From assembly GCA_024137785.1 (NCBI GenBank), contig JAHRHZ010000268.1:11106609-11170608 (forward strand): a DNA stretch of 64,000 nt. The letters are read 5' to 3'. Every line of letters starts with the position of its first letter. Within the stretch, counting starts at the first letter, position 1. Of the stretch, positions 38,460 to 51,939 are shown piece after piece. The position numbers and the translations under genes are program-made. Under the pieces are notes generated by a model. That model was not told the origin of the DNA. It searched no databases and saw only the letters and a list, made by a program, of their open reading frames with translations. Origin of the DNA: Ginglymostoma cirratum. Taxonomy: Eukaryota.

Positions 38460-39015
38460 AATTTGGCATTTTACATTCCAGATTTGAACAATGAAAAGAA
38501 ATATCACGATGTCAAGAGGATCTGAAGCACTTTACAGCCAATGATGATCAATGTTAGCTTTACAGCCAACAATTGGTGGCACGGTAGCTTAGTGGTTAAC
38601 ACTGCTGCCTCACAGTGGCAGGGAACTGAGATCAGTCCCAGCCTTGGATGACTGTGTGGAGTTTGCATGTTCTTCCTGTGTCTGTGTGAGTTTTCACCGG
38701 TTTCTCCGCATAGTCCAAAGATATGCAGGTTAGATGGATTGGCCATGGCAAAGTGTCCAGGGATGCACAGGTTTAGGTGGGTTAGCCATGGTAAGTGCAG
38801 GGTTACAGAGATAGAGTGGGGGCTGGGTCTGGGTGGGGAGCTCTGCAGGTCGGTATAGACTCGATGGGTTGAATGGCTTCTTTTTGCACTGGAAGGATTC
38901 TATGATATGTGTAATCTTGTAATATAGCAAAATTGTGCGCAGCACGTCCTGAGATCAACAATGTAATGATTTTTAAATAATCAATTTGGTGATGTTGATT
39001 GAGGAGTAAATATTT
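38460..39015 (-). mobile_element. DeuSINE 3' half interrupted by HE1-type SINE
   Basis: aagcactttacagccaatga before and caaaattgtgcgcagca...caatgtaatga...ggtgatgttgattgaggagtaaatatt after the insertion. Confidence 0.6.
38575..38906 (+). mobile_element. HE1-type V-SINE
   Basis: ggtggcacggtagcttagtggttaacactgctgcctcacag head, V domain (tgtgtggagtttgcatgttct...gtccaaagatatgcaggttag...ttggccatg), CR1-like tail gattctatgat. Confidence 0.92.
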
Positions 39016-39569
39016 TGTTTAGTTCAGTACTACTCTGATTTAAATTGTACAATTTGTACACCTTCTGAAATCCTTTTCCATTTGATTCCATTTGAAAAAT
39101 GAGTTAATCTTTTGCAATGCAATGCTTGAAGTACCTATATGAGGAAGATTCTGATTTTTATTGTCTGCTCATTATAGAATCTGTGCATACTTGAGTGTGG
39201 TTTCATTCACTTTTAAGAATAGGAAGTATTGTATAAATTTCTTAGGAAATACAATTTAAGCAATATTTCAAATCTGGCTTGCTTTTTGCACCCCAAGAAA
39301 CCTATTGATTTGTATGCTTTATACAACTATTCCCTTAACAAATGTTCAGGATTTTAAAATAAAATTTTTTGAACACAAAAGGACAGATTCAAAGAACAAA
39401 TTAGATTTCTAACCATTAATGATTGTAACACCCCATTTACTCAAAATATGCCTAATCAATCTTAGACTTTAACAGAATGCATTCTGTTGATTTTTTTTAA
39501 AAAAGAAATCTTCCTGAACTGCTTGCCTTGAGGTTATTAGCAGGTTTTTTTGAATTTTGACCTGTCTGT

Positions 39570-40480
39570 ATAGGAAGAGAGGTAGGCCCCATTCAGGTAG
39601 TTTGACCCTGTTCACTCATGTAGCTGATCTGTACCCTAACTTCTTCCACTTTCTATGGCTCGCTACTTCTTTCTTTCTTGGTTCTCTTTGCACACTTAGT
39701 GGCCTATGAGGTAGATGTAGCAAATGCCTACGACTCCTTTAATAGCTACATTTCCTGGAATAGTTTGTCCCAAGCCACAGCTTGAAGGCACCACTTCATA
39801 CCATGTATGGCTGACCAGGAGATGTTCTTGCTGTTACTGCATACTGCAGTCATATTGAATGGAGATGCACATTGGTAATCAACCTGTGACCATCAAGTCC
39901 TACATGGGATTCAAACCCAGAGCCTTCTGTTTCAGAGGTAGATGTGCTAGCAACTGTGTCACAAGAACTCTCACTATTCTTTGACTAACTTTTAAAAATC
40001 TGATTTATTGATTGAACTAGCATCTACTGCTTGTTGACCTTTTGAGCCCAATTTATTGAGAAGTTTCAGAATATTTCTCCTGAAACGCCTGGCTCTGATT
40101 TCAATGTAGTGCTCCCTTTCCCTAGGCTGTCCCAACAGCAGGAAAAGTTTTTCTCTGCTCTATTTCAAAACCATGAAATAAAGTCATTAAAATTATCCCT
40201 TCACTTTCTAGATTCCAGAGACTACAAATCTAGTGTATTTTATCTCTCCACAATCTAACCTTTGTGACATTTCTGGTGAATCTGTGCACCAGTGTACCCT
40301 TTTCTAAGGCATGGCATCCAGGATTGTAGAAATCTGGCTTTGTGCAGCTGTAGTACATCTTCCCTTTATAACTGGAATTCCAGAATATAAAAAAGTTAAC
40401 ATTCATTAGTGTTCTTTGATTATCTTTTGCATTTGTCTGCTAGGCACCCTCAAATCTCTTTGGTCCATTATTGTTCCTTG
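39570..40480 (-). mobile_element. Old CR1 3' region with an embedded short tRNA-SINE (~39876-39970, minus)
   Basis: tctggtgaatctgtgcacc, ggcacccctcaaatctcttt-like words; SINE B box seen as gggattcaaaccc. Confidence 0.5.
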
Positions 40481-41916
40481 TTTTCACTGTTTTTAAAACA
40501 AGAAATGATTTTGGATCTGTCCTTTTGGTCTGTCCTTGCACTTGTACTTCCTGATGAGAGTTAACAGGCATTAAAGTCTGTGACCATGCATGATAATTGA
40601 GTCACTATCTTACCAAGCATGTCCAATAGCAAGTGGGAACCTTGGCAGATTCATCCATTTCCTTCCGCGAGAGGAGGCCTCTGCAGAGACCACTATTGTC
40701 ACAAATTGAGACTTCCTGTGTAATCTGCTCATTGACTTTACAAATTTGGCTTTTGACAGAGCAAGCTGCCTGTGCTAATGAAAGAGCTTTTCAAATAATT
40801 AATGGTTGTGCTATTTAACCTTAATGTTAAAACATTCATAATTTCAACTATTTTTCAGTGTATATGCACCGCATCTGCTTTCTCCCAGTCTGGTGCTCAC
40901 TATAGCTGACTGCACGTCTTTCTCAATGCTACGTTAAATCAGACTCTCAAATGCATTGACTCGGCATGGTGCAAAAATCTGTTTTCCTGTTCCTCCCTCT
41001 CGAAACAATATAAAGAAGATCGAACTAGAGATCAGAGCACCAGCTTACATCCCTTAAATGCAGCTTTCTGTTTGTAATCTGCAAACAACAATATGAAGCT
41101 TGTTTTTCGCAGGCTGTCATTTTAAAAATCAGCAGTTCGACATTCTTTGACAAAAGTAACTTAACAGTGTCAATGTTGATTAAAGTCATTTCCCAAGTAG
41201 GAATTAATTTCTTCTAAAGGGAGAGTGAAGCAAATGAACAGTGGGGTGAGAGTAGGAATGTTTTGATTCTGGATTATGATTGTCAATGTCAAAGTAATGT
41301 AATCAATGAGAAGCTGAAAGAAATAAAATTGAGACAAACATTTTACGGGGTATCAAGTTCTTGTATTGCTTTTCCTCAAGAACATCTTTTTTACAACTTA
41401 TCTACAGGCTCCTTTCTAAAGAATCACAGCACGTGTAGAGGCACATTGTCTCAGTTACTTTCAAGTTTACACTTGCAGGTGTTTGTTTCTAGCCTGAGTC
41501 GATTGAAGAAGAGTAACTGGTTTCTGTCTGTGCAGTCTGGAAAGATGAAGATATCTTGAACGTCTCCATGCCTGCGTGACTATGAAAATGTACATTTGTC
41601 CTTTAAAGCTGGTAGAAATATGAGGTAGTTCCCTGCCAGAAGCAAATAACTGAATATTTTAATTCAAACTGGCAAAACGATTTCGATCATGAGATTTATA
41701 ATCATCCCCTATTATTACATAGTCAGTGATTAGCAGCCTCATTGTATTGTTCAGTCAAATCACAATGGAAATGTTTGTCATTATACCGTCGAGGTGATGT
41801 GTTGCTTGGTGGCTATACAGGTGCTTCTACCTTATTGGATATACTTGAAATGAGGGAAAAAAAGTTGCAAAGCTCAGGAAAACAGTAGGGAGTGGACTTT
41901 TTATTGTGTCTCTTGG

Positions 41917-44232
41917 ACATTTACAGCACAGAAGGAAGCTATTTGGCCCATCATATCAGTACCAGTCAACAAATTTCTGACTACAGTCATCCCATTTTTC
42001 AGTTCTTGGCGCATTGCCGTGGAGACGATGGTAATGCCAGTGAATTTCTAAATATGATTTAAATGTTTAAAAGAGTTTCTGACACAACCAGCCCATTTGG
42101 ACAATGAGTTTCAGACTCCTCTCTCTTGTTACCACTCTTTCCTCAGCTCTCCTCTTGGCTTTCCGCCTCTTAACTTAAATCTATGACCTATGGTTATTGA
42201 TCCCCTCTAATAATGTAGAAAGTACCTTTCTGTCCACCTCATCTATGCCCCTCATAGTCTTGCACACCTCTTGTCAGGTCTCCTCTCAACCTTTTGCTGC
42301 TCCAAGGAAAACCAGCCCAGCCCATTTTCTGTTTCCTCCAGTCCAGGCAGAATTCTGAAAATCTCCTCTGCACCTCCTGTACTGCCATCACATCCTCCTT
42401 ATATTTTGTTGACCAGAAGAGTATGCAATTGTGGCCTAACCAACTACATAGTTCTAGCATAACCACCTTGTATTCTATACAGTGGCTAATAAAGGCAAGC
42501 ATCTTGTATACTCCCTGTTACCTGCAGGTGGATCTGCACCCCAGTGTCCCTCTGATCTTCAGTACTTTCCATTCAAAGCATGATCCCTTGCCTTGTTAGC
42601 CCTCCCCAAATGCATTACCAAGTGTAAACTGAGGAAGAGATTGCTGGGCCCTTTGCTGAGATATTTGTATCATCAACAGCCATGTCTGAGTTGCCAGAAG
42701 ACTGGAGGTTGGCTAATGTGGTGCCATTTCAGAAAGCCTGTAAGGAAAAGCCAGGGAACTATAAACCAGTGAGGCTTATATCAGTGGGGGGTATTCTGAG
42801 GGACAGGATTTGTATGCATTTGGAAAGGCAGGGACTGATTAGTGATGGTCAGCATGACTTTGGACATGGAAAATCACGTCTCACTAACTTGATTGAGTTT
42901 TTTGAAGAGGTGACAAAGACTGTTGATGAAGGCAGAGTGATGGATGTTGTCTATATGGACTTCATCAAAGCGTTTGACAAGGTTCTACATGGTAGACTGG
43001 TTAGTAAGGTTAGATCACATGGGATCCAGGAAAAGCTAACCAATTGGATACAAAATTGGCATGAAGGTAAGCAGGTGATGGTAGACGATTGCTTTTTGGA
43101 CTGGAAGCCTGTGACCAGTGGTCTGCCGTAAGGATCGGTACTGGGTCCCCTGCTTTTCATCATTTTTTAAAATGATTTTGATGTGAATATAGGAGGTATG
43201 ATGAGTAAGTTTGTAGATGATAATAAAATAGACGGTGTAGTGGACAGTGAAGTAGGTTGGCTCAGAGTATAACGAGACCTTGATCAGATGAGCTAATGGG
43301 CTGAGAAATGGCAGATGGAGTTTAATATAGTTAAATGTGAGGTTTTACATTTTGGAAAGGCAAATCAGGGCAGGACTTATACACTTAATGGTAAGGTCCT
43401 GGGGAGTTCTGCTGAACAAAGAGACTGAGGGCTGCAGGTTCATAGTTCCTTGAAAGTGGAGTCGCAGGTAGACAGGGTGATGAAGAAGGCATATGGCATG
43501 CTTGGCTTCATTGGTCACAATATTGAACTTAGTAGTTGGGATGTCATGTTGCGGTTGTACAGGACATTGATGAGGCCGCTTTTACAATATTGTGTGCAAT
43601 TCTAGTTGCCCTCCAAAGGAAGGATGTTGTTAAACTTGAGAGGGTGCAGAAAAGATTTCCAAGAGTTTTGCTGGGAGTGGAGGTTTGAGTTATAGGGAGA
43701 GGCTGAATAGGCTGGGCTATTTTCCCGAGAGTGTCGGGGGATGAGGGGTGACCTTATTGAGGTTTATAAAGTCATGAAGGGTGTGGTTAGGGTGAATACG
43801 CAAAGTCTTTTTCCGAGGGTTGGGGAGTCCAAAACTAGAGGGCATAGGTTTAAATTGAATGCTGAAGGATTTAATAAGGACCTGAGGGGTAACTTTTTCA
43901 TGCAGAGTGGGTGCATGTATAGAATGAGCTGCCAGAGGAAGAGATGAAGGTGCGTACAGCTACTGTGTTAGATGGCATCTGGATAGGTTCATGAATAGGG
44001 AAGGTTTAGAGTGATATGGGTCAAATGGGACAAAATTAGATTGGCATATCTGGTTGGCACGGATGGGTTGGACTGAAGTGTCTGTTTCTGTGCTCAATGA
44101 CTCTGACCTTTCCCTTTTTGTAGGTAAATTCCATTTTCCATTGCTCTCCCCAACTGACTAATCCATTGACAGTCTCCATTGATAGCCTATGGCTATCCTC
44201 ATTATTTATCACCCCAACAATTTTCATGTCAT
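41917..44232 (-). mobile_element. CR1 LINE fragment split by a younger CR1 (pieces 41917-42619 and 44108-44232)
   Basis: Minus ORFs 42239..42502 (AVQEVQRRF) and 44036..44227 (MKIVGVINNEDS...LVSWGEQWKMEF). Sequence is colinear across the insertion and similar to 10064-10975. Confidence 0.85.
42620..44107 (+). mobile_element. HER1/CR1 LINE, 5'-truncated 1.5 kb, RT pseudogene
   Basis: ORF 42682..43131 PEDWRLANVVP...PGNYKPV...QHDF...LTNLIEFFEEVT...DVVYMDFIKAFDKV; SKFVDD near 43205; RGDLIEVYK at 43744; 3' tail tgactctgac. Confidence 0.95.
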
Positions 44233-47200
44233 TTTAACAAACTGGCACATCCAAGATTGGCTAAATGGGCCAGGCGCAGATGAGTGAAGACACGTAGACA
44301 ACCACGAGCATTTCAACTTTCAAGCCTCTAAAGCTTGTCCTAACCTTGTTCTAACTTTTCTTTCCCAGGTTGGCAATCGCTTCTGCATTGCACCTACAGT
44401 AATTTGAGATATTCTTGGTGAGGTGAGTTCCTCATGTTGGTGCTTACCAGGAGAGTCCTGATGGACCATCTGACTGGCTAGTCTGTAACTGCATCTCCTG
44501 CAGTGCCTTTCCTAGCTTTGGAGCAAATATCTTGTCTCATGATGAGGATGGCTTTCTATGGGGAGAACACTTCACATAATCCATCACACATGAGGAGAAG
44601 ATAATGATATATTTCCTGAAATTGACAAGAAATAAAAATTGCCAAGCTGCAATTTCTGCTGTAGAATTTGAAAAATGATCAGTATACTCTGGTTGAACTA
44701 TTTGACCATCTGGAGAGCCTTGCTGAATAAGTGAATGAGCATAATCACTGTTTGTTCCTAAACAGCCGACCCTTGAGTTTAGCCTGAAGGATCCTGATTT
44801 TTGTTCTGCTTGCAATCCCCAAAATTGATTAAAACTATACTAGCTCGACAGATATGTGCACAATTCTTTCTCTTACCTGATCTCTCTTCAAGCATTTTAT
44901 TTTCTTTCTGCAGTCAACGGCCTTGGTTTCATATCTGGCAGTCTGCGTGCGTCAGCATGTGTCTGACATTAATCTTGGGTTGTTGCCAAAAGAAACCAGA
45001 GAACAGCTGGTCCCAGTTGGATTACAACTGTTATATCTTGTGTGATCTGTGATGTGGAACACACTGATCTTGGCTAGGTAACATACAATCTTGTTTGAGA
45101 GTGGTATATTTTATGATAACTTTGTACATGGAAACAAACTCTACTCTTAAAGTTTTCAATGACCAGTACCATTTAGCAAACAAAATGGATGATGGATTCA
45201 AGCATTTATGTATGTTTTTTATTTAAATCCTGCATTATAGATGGTCTTTTTCCAGAACTAACTGGCAAATTGCTCCAATCTTGTCCAAAGCTATCTTCTC
45301 TCCTTGAGCTTTTTGATTAATCCATGAGATCATTATTATCTTTAGCGACACCAACATTCATGTACAATTCTGAATTCTATCACCTTTTTATTGCTCGAGC
45401 TTGCTTCACTATTTAAGGTACTATGTATTCCCAATCCTGTCTCTTGAAGGCACTGCTTCCCAAATGCTTTCACATTGTGGCCCCATTTTGAGTAATGACA
45501 ATCCTCATGGCCCCTCTGTGAGAACCAAGGGTGGAGGTGGGAGGACATAGAGCAGAACAGAAGACCCACGAGAGTGTTTTTAATGTGGGGGGGGGTGGAT
45601 GTGTACAAATACATGATAACCAGTGTTGCCTCTGAGCTCGCATATTACATCAAGTCAGCAAGTATTTGAGCTTCATTGAGCTCCATCATACTTGCTTGAA
45701 ATGATTTTCTTTGTAAGCTTCATAGTTTTGTTGTTTCAGTTTAGTCAAACTCAAAGTGGACTGAGTAAGTTTAAATTTAGCCTTCTTGTTCTAGGAGGAA
45801 TATTGAAACCTTGCCCTATTTATGCATTTTAAACAATTACAGTAATAGCTTCACTCATTTTAAGTACAGTGCAAATAAATTTAATTTGTGAAATTACATT
45901 ATGTCTAAATCAATTATCAGTTCTGAAATAAACACTTCCCTAAATCTTTTTATTCATGCCTTTTGCTTTGTATACTTGGAACGCAAATGACAATGATTTG
46001 AAAGCTTTGAATATCACAGAATGTTTGTAATCAGTAGTTTACTGTTACAGCTCTATGTACGTATTGAATTAAGCATTAATGTTGGCAGCAAGAAGCTATC
46101 ATTGGTGAGCTTTATGTTCTACCTCAGAGAACTAGACAGACCTTTTTGGCTGAGAAGGCAAGGTCATTTTTTAAAATGGGACATTATGAATGTTGCATTT
46201 CCTCTGGCAACTTTGTTCAACACAGATAAATATGGTTTGATGCTTCCAAGCTTGGGTTGTACCTGAACGGACTGGAACTGGGGGAGTGGTAGTCAACGAG
46301 CTTGACTTTGAAGAATAAACACAAGGAGGAAAGAACTGCTTAACTGTAATTTGTGGCAGGAGTGATGACTTTGGTGGTAGAGAGAATTCATAGTAAAGCC
46401 GAATTGAAAGAACAAGTCTCAAAACTGGAAGATGCTGCAACAGTGGAGAGTTTTTAATAGTCTTATTTTATACTTGATATTCTGAAGGTAGGGTGTGCCA
46501 ATGAGCATTAAGCTGGCAAGTAAGAAATATCCTTTGATCAAATGTGAGTATCCAACAATAGGCGTGTTGTATTTTGATGAATTTTATGTAGGTTGGAGCT
46601 TGAGATGGTCACTAGGCAAGTTTAGTTTTTGTGATGAAGCATATGTCATGGACAATGCAGTGACAATTTCAAAATTGATAATTGCAAATAAACATAGATT
46701 TGGGGCTTCTTGGTGTACGTCAGTCAGAGTAAACATAACTGAAAGCCCAAGGCGAAACCTAGGATCCCACATGGAATGACTGAAAAATGGGAGGAGACCT
46801 TTTGGCTGTATTGTGGAAGGTAAGTTTAAAACTGAGAAGTGTGCTAAGATGTCCCAGTTGATGGTTGATAGCAAGTAATGCAGATAGGTACAGCAATGAT
46901 AATGTATTATAATCCGTTCTGTAAAATAACATTTACTTTTAACAGGCCTGTCTTGGTGCTACATACAGGATAGAAGCAAAATGAAAGAATCTGTTAAATT
47001 TGTGGGCTGTAATGTTCCAGTAATTCAGAGTGCAGGTATGACCATGATCCAGTAATGCACATTTGCAAACAGTTATGTAATAGAGTTTAAAGTAATGTGG
47101 TCTGTGTCGTTTTGAATCTGTTTTCCACCTGTTTTGGAGGTTTTCTAAGTTTTCTTTTAACACGCATATAACACTACAAATTTGTGGAAGGTGTGGAACC

Positions 47201-48239
47201 AATGCCATTTTGCAACATTAAACCTTTTAGTGTACAACTTCCAATAACTGTTGGAGTCAAAGTGCCACCTGATTCTCGAACAAAAGGAAATTGCACTGGA
47301 GAAAGAAATCTTGTGGTGTTTTAGTTCGACACTTTGGTTTCTGAAATACATAGATCACTTTGCAAAACAACTTGACTTTGATTTAAATGTTCACAAGCAG
47401 AGATATTCCTCATATCAGTAAAATTTACCAATATTGTGGGCAAATGTTTCCATGCATTTACCCAGCCGTTGAAGAGTTTGTGTTTTGAGAAGTTTAAGTT
47501 CCAGCTAGCTAGGAAACAAGTGCTGTAAAGCCACTGATAGCTCCAGTGTTCTATAACCGTAAGGGAAAGGAGAAAAAGTAAGTCTGCTCTGCCATTCAGT
47601 GAGTTCATGTCCGATCATACTGCATGCTCTGTCCAAAGGCAGGTCCATTCATCATTGTCTCATGCTTCCTTCTGGGTCAAGTTATTTTGTTCATTTGTTT
47701 TGTCCATGGTGATTTGTCTTTGCCATTCATTCTCAGGCAGGGTAAAGAGGTAGTTCCCCAACCCATTTCAGCTGGAGTGGGAATCACACCCCTGTTATTG
47801 GTCACCATTCATAACCACAAGCACTGCAATGGTAATAAAACAAGCTGATATGCACAGTTAAGCATTTGTTGCAATTTTGTTTCAAATAGGGTTGGTTTAA
47901 TTAATTGATTTTTACATTTATATAAAGCATACAGAATGGAAGGAATCCAGTTAACCAACAATCTATGGAATGAACCAATTTATAATTCACAGGGGGCTCC
48001 CACAGTTGATCTTAACCCTACCAGCGTAACTAGCTATTTCTTTGCCCCTCATGTGTTTATTTTAGCTTCTCCGTAAATGCATTGATGCTGTTCACCTATT
48101 TACTGCAATTTACTATGGACAGCTTTCCCCCAAATGTGGTAATATATTACACTGATGGCAAACTGTTTTTTAACCTCAACTGTTTTAAAGTCAGGAGCCA
48201 AGAGTACAAACGCTTCTGTTGTATAATTACTGTATACTG

Positions 48240-48596
48240 GTCTACCTCTTCAGAAGTTTACCATAGATGTTTTGATTCAATTATGTGGAACGTTGGTTCG
48301 TCCTAGAACAAGGGGACACTATCTCTGAATAAGGTCAAACATTAAGGACAGTGATGAGGAGAAATTTGTTCATGCAAAAGGGTTGTGAATCTTTGGAATT
48401 CTCTCCTTCAGCAGACTGTGTAAGTTCAACCACTGAAAAGGTTCAATACAGAGATCAATAGATTTCTATAACTAATGACGTCAAGCAACGTGATCATAAT
48501 TGTAGGATGTTGAGTTAGATGATCAGCCATGATGTAAAGGAATGGTGAAGCAGGGCTTGAGATGCTAATAGCTTACTCAAGTTCCATGTTCCTATA
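48240..48596 (+). mobile_element. CR1 LINE 3' end
   Basis: ctagaacaaggggacac...gatgaggagaaatttgttc...gtgaatctttggaattctct...gatcagccatgat...atgttcctat. Confidence 0.8.
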
Positions 48597-48639
48597 GTTA
48601 TCTACATACAGAGTGAACAAAGCACAGTCTATGTTTGAT

Positions 48640-48736
48640 ATAACAAGGTGTGGAGCTGGATGGACACAGCAGGCCAAGCAGCATCAGAGAAGCAGGAAAT
48701 CTGATGTTTCCGGTCTGGACCCTTCTTCAGAAATGG
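48640..48736 (-). mobile_element. PLE pseudo-LTR/hammerhead unit, subfamily 1
   Basis: Reverse complement: ccatttCTGAAGAagggtccagaccgGAAACATCagatttcctgcttctctgatgctgcttggcctgctgtg. Confidence 0.88.
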
Positions 48737-49811
48737 TCCCTAACAGGTGAACAAACATCATAGCAACACTCTGTTTGGTTCTGCACCATGCACTGGAATT
48801 GCTGTGGTTATCTTGTGACGTGATGGGGGTCTGTAACTTCCATCTGAGTTGGTAGACCAAGTGTTCATTCATTTTTACATTAAAGAAATTTGTTTAAGAT
48901 GGATCAACTCTCCTGCTTCCTTGGTATTTGTTAGTTCTGACAATGAACTGAAACTTTGAAGTGTTAGGAACACTGTTTATCTTTTTGTGGGTGTGATCCT
49001 GACCTTGTTCCCTTAACAGTGCTACATTTCTACAAAACATTATGACAATCTGAATTAGTTGTACATGGGAATATAAATATCCTGGCCAAATCCAACGGAT
49101 TATCCAACCTTTCTTTTGTGAAGAAACATCAAAACAAAAATGTGTTCCTCTTTCTTACAGTTTATCTTTTCTTGTCATTACTAATGCAAAAAGAAAGCAA
49201 AAGTATTAGGAATTTAAATGATGAAAATAGCCAATGCAAAACTACAGATTTATTCCCAATGACCAATGTTATAATGGAAAGCAACACTTGAAAACCATTA
49301 AGTTCCAATGATTTTCTTCTGTTCTATCCCTCCACTTCCTCTAAATGTCACTTCAGAGTTTCAATGGTGGAATAAAATTCAACTCCTAAGTGCTTGGTTT
49401 TTGGGATTATAGGCCGCTAATGCCAGTTTGTTGGGAGTTTCCAATTTTTATAAAAAAAAGTTCAACCTTTTTGCCTTTTCGACAATGACAAATGCTTCAA
49501 ATACTGGGCAGATTTACATGTTATATTGTCAGTGGTTTGTATTGGGCGTGTCAACCAGTGGTAGATGTGTTTTTGTTTTCAAATTGACTGTACGCAAACG
49601 TCCCCTGAATTATACAGTAGCAAATATGAGACAGTTTAATGGTATATTCCAGAATAAAATTGTCAAATTTAATACTGGTGTATTTAGATTGAACATTTAG
49701 AAGACCAAAGAGGGTGTTTAGTATCCATTGTCAACTCTGCCTTATGCCACTAATCTCTTCATTCTTTCATTGGTCATATTTGGATTAAATCCAGCATTTT
49801 AATCTTAGTTA

Positions 49812-49910
49812 ATCAAAAATAGAAATGGTTGGAGAAACTCAGCAGGTCTGACAGCGTCTGTGCAGAGAAAGCAGAGAAAATGTTTAGGGTCCAGTGATCC
49901 TTCAAGAGTT
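49812..49910 (-). mobile_element. PLE pseudo-LTR unit, subfamily 2
   Basis: ggagaaactcagcaggtctgacagcgtctgtg...gcagag...gtttagggtccagtgatccttc. Confidence 0.75.
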
Positions 49911-50011
49911 TCAGATCTTCAGTGACCACAGTTATTTGTTTAATTTTATTCTTAGTAGCTCGTACGGGTTGTTAGGCCTTAAAATTTCACATTTGTTTAA
50001 ATTCAACTTTC

Positions 50012-50110
50012 TTTTCTGGTCAACTTGTTCAGAATTTATTAAAAACATCTGGAGCAGGTGGGACTTGTACTGGGCCTCCTGGAAATTACCACCGTCTCAC
50101 AAGACAGCCC
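50012..50110 (-). mobile_element. Short tRNA-derived SINE abutting the 5S pseudogene
   Basis: Reverse complement gggctgtcttgtgagacggtggtaat...ccaggaggcccagtacaagtcccacctgctccaga...tgaacaagttga matches 27281/27468 copies with a small internal deletion. Confidence 0.75.
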
Positions 50111-50231
50111 AAAACTAAGTGGACTTGGTATTGCCAGGCTGCCTTCCATCCAAGTACTAAACACACCGGAGTCTGCTTAGCTTCTGCAATCAGACAAAAT
50201 TGGGTGTTTTCAAGCTAGTATGACGGTGAGC
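50111..50231 (-). pseudogene. 5S rRNA pseudogene, full length, diverged
   Basis: Reverse complement: gctcaccgtcatactagcttgaaaacacccaattttgtctgattgcagaagctaagcagactccggtgtgtttagtacttggatggaaggcagcctggcaataccaagtccacttagtttt. Colinear with vertebrate 5S (AGCTAAGCAG A box, TTAGTACTTGGATGG C box, terminal T run), with many substitutions and CpG decay. Confidence 0.9.
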
Positions 50232-50742
50232 CATATTTTATCCATCATTAAAACTGTTGACTCCACTTCTGCAACATTGCCTGACTGTTCCTATCTTCCC
50301 ATACTATTTTTGAACCCCTTGTATAATATGTTGTTACATTCAGACAAAGACCATTTCCAATGTGAGGGAATCTAGCCATCACCTCTTGAATGCTATGAAC
50401 ACTACTTTTGCTGAATTTCCCAACATGTTGGGAGTTACCATTTGGCCAGGAACTGAACTGGTCAAGTTATATAACTAATGTGGTTATAAGAGGCTTTCCT
50501 CATTCCTAAGGCACACATCCCGCATTTGTCCCCCTCACACTTCATCCACCCACACTCTAACTTTTTTTCACCTGATTCTACATATTCATTCTTCTATATG
50601 AGTATCTGACAATTTTTAAACTTAACGTCCGACATGTATTTGAAGTTTTGTAAGAATATAAATTACTGTATTAAATTGTTCTGACCTTCATTTCTGGCTC
50701 CTCCTTTCATTTTCATTTTTCCTTGAGAAAATTGTTCAAGTA

Positions 50743-50934
50743 TGTAACGATCTGTTGCGATGATCTAACAAAACACTGGATGATAGGTCTTTGCTAGCAA
50801 CTGGAGCTTATTAAAACAATTAATATTTCATTACAGGCACTTCTAACATACTGATGGCCAGGTCATTGCGTAAGTTACGCTTGACTTAAGAGCCAGATCA
50901 CGTTTATCACTTCGCACGTTGCTTGGTTACAACA
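50743..50934. mobile_element. Candidate short solo LTR
   Basis: tgtaac...gttaca(aca) inverted termini about 190 bp apart; locally CpG-richer; no clean TSD. Confidence 0.35.
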
Positions 50935-51939
50935 AGGTTGTGAGGTCAGTTTGAGGAAGTGAACCAATATAACTTATTATTTTGGCTTTTCTGTGCAGCC
51001 AGATGTTGGTATTTTTCCTTGCCTCAGGCTTCCATGCTTTTAAGTTACAGGTCAAAATACTTTGAGCTTCAATCAAATTGTCCTGTGGCTGTCTGTAATA
51101 AACATGTTAATTTATCATGGTTTTTTTAAATCTAGAAGTTATATTTTATGTAAGGTTTGTGAAGAGATTTAGAATGTTAAGTAGTCATCAGTGCCTTCAA
51201 TACTCAGTCTGATTCCTTATCAGGAATAACTATAATCCTATAAAATGTCCAGCATTGTTGGAAAATGTCCCACTTTTTGGAGGCTTTCAGGACATTTTGA
51301 ACACTGCTATAAAATAATCACTTATAATCTGACATACGTTACCTGATACAGCTCAACATTTGTGCCTTCCAAAGTCCTTGATTTTCTCTGGCTCTGTCTC
51401 CATTGATCATTGTTTGTTTAAATGCTCTGTGCAATTCAGAACTCATTGTCTGCGTCTGCAAACTAGCCAACCAGTCATCTAAGTTATCCTCTATAAATGT
51501 CTTTCATTATTAAACTATGTAGCACAGGAGGTATCCATTCAGCTCACTTGCACATTTTGAAGGAGCCATCCAATTAATCCCAGCCTCCTGCTTTTTGCCT
51601 CACAGTAGTGCAAAGTTTACCTTTTTCAAGTATATGTCCCATCCCCTTTTGTTTTGAAATTCTAAATTGAATCTACACTATCCTTCAAACAGTTCCTTCC
51701 AGACCATAACTCATTCTATGTTGCTGTGAATATGCATCTGTAATGTGATGCTAGTCCTCTTCCCATGCTGTGTATTCAGCAGTGACACACTGATGAGTGT
51801 TTCTATTTTTTGACTTACGAATGACGGGAACGTCGTTTCCTCTTCCTGCTTTACAAGTAAGTATATAGCTGAGACTAGGAACCTAGAATCTTTAATTCTA
51901 TCTCACCCATCTGAGAAGTGAGACATCATCTATTAGATA

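Noticed and set aside
50111-50231. Functional 5S rRNA gene
   Set aside because: Solitary, many substitutions disrupting terminal helix pairing and CpGs; called a pseudogene.
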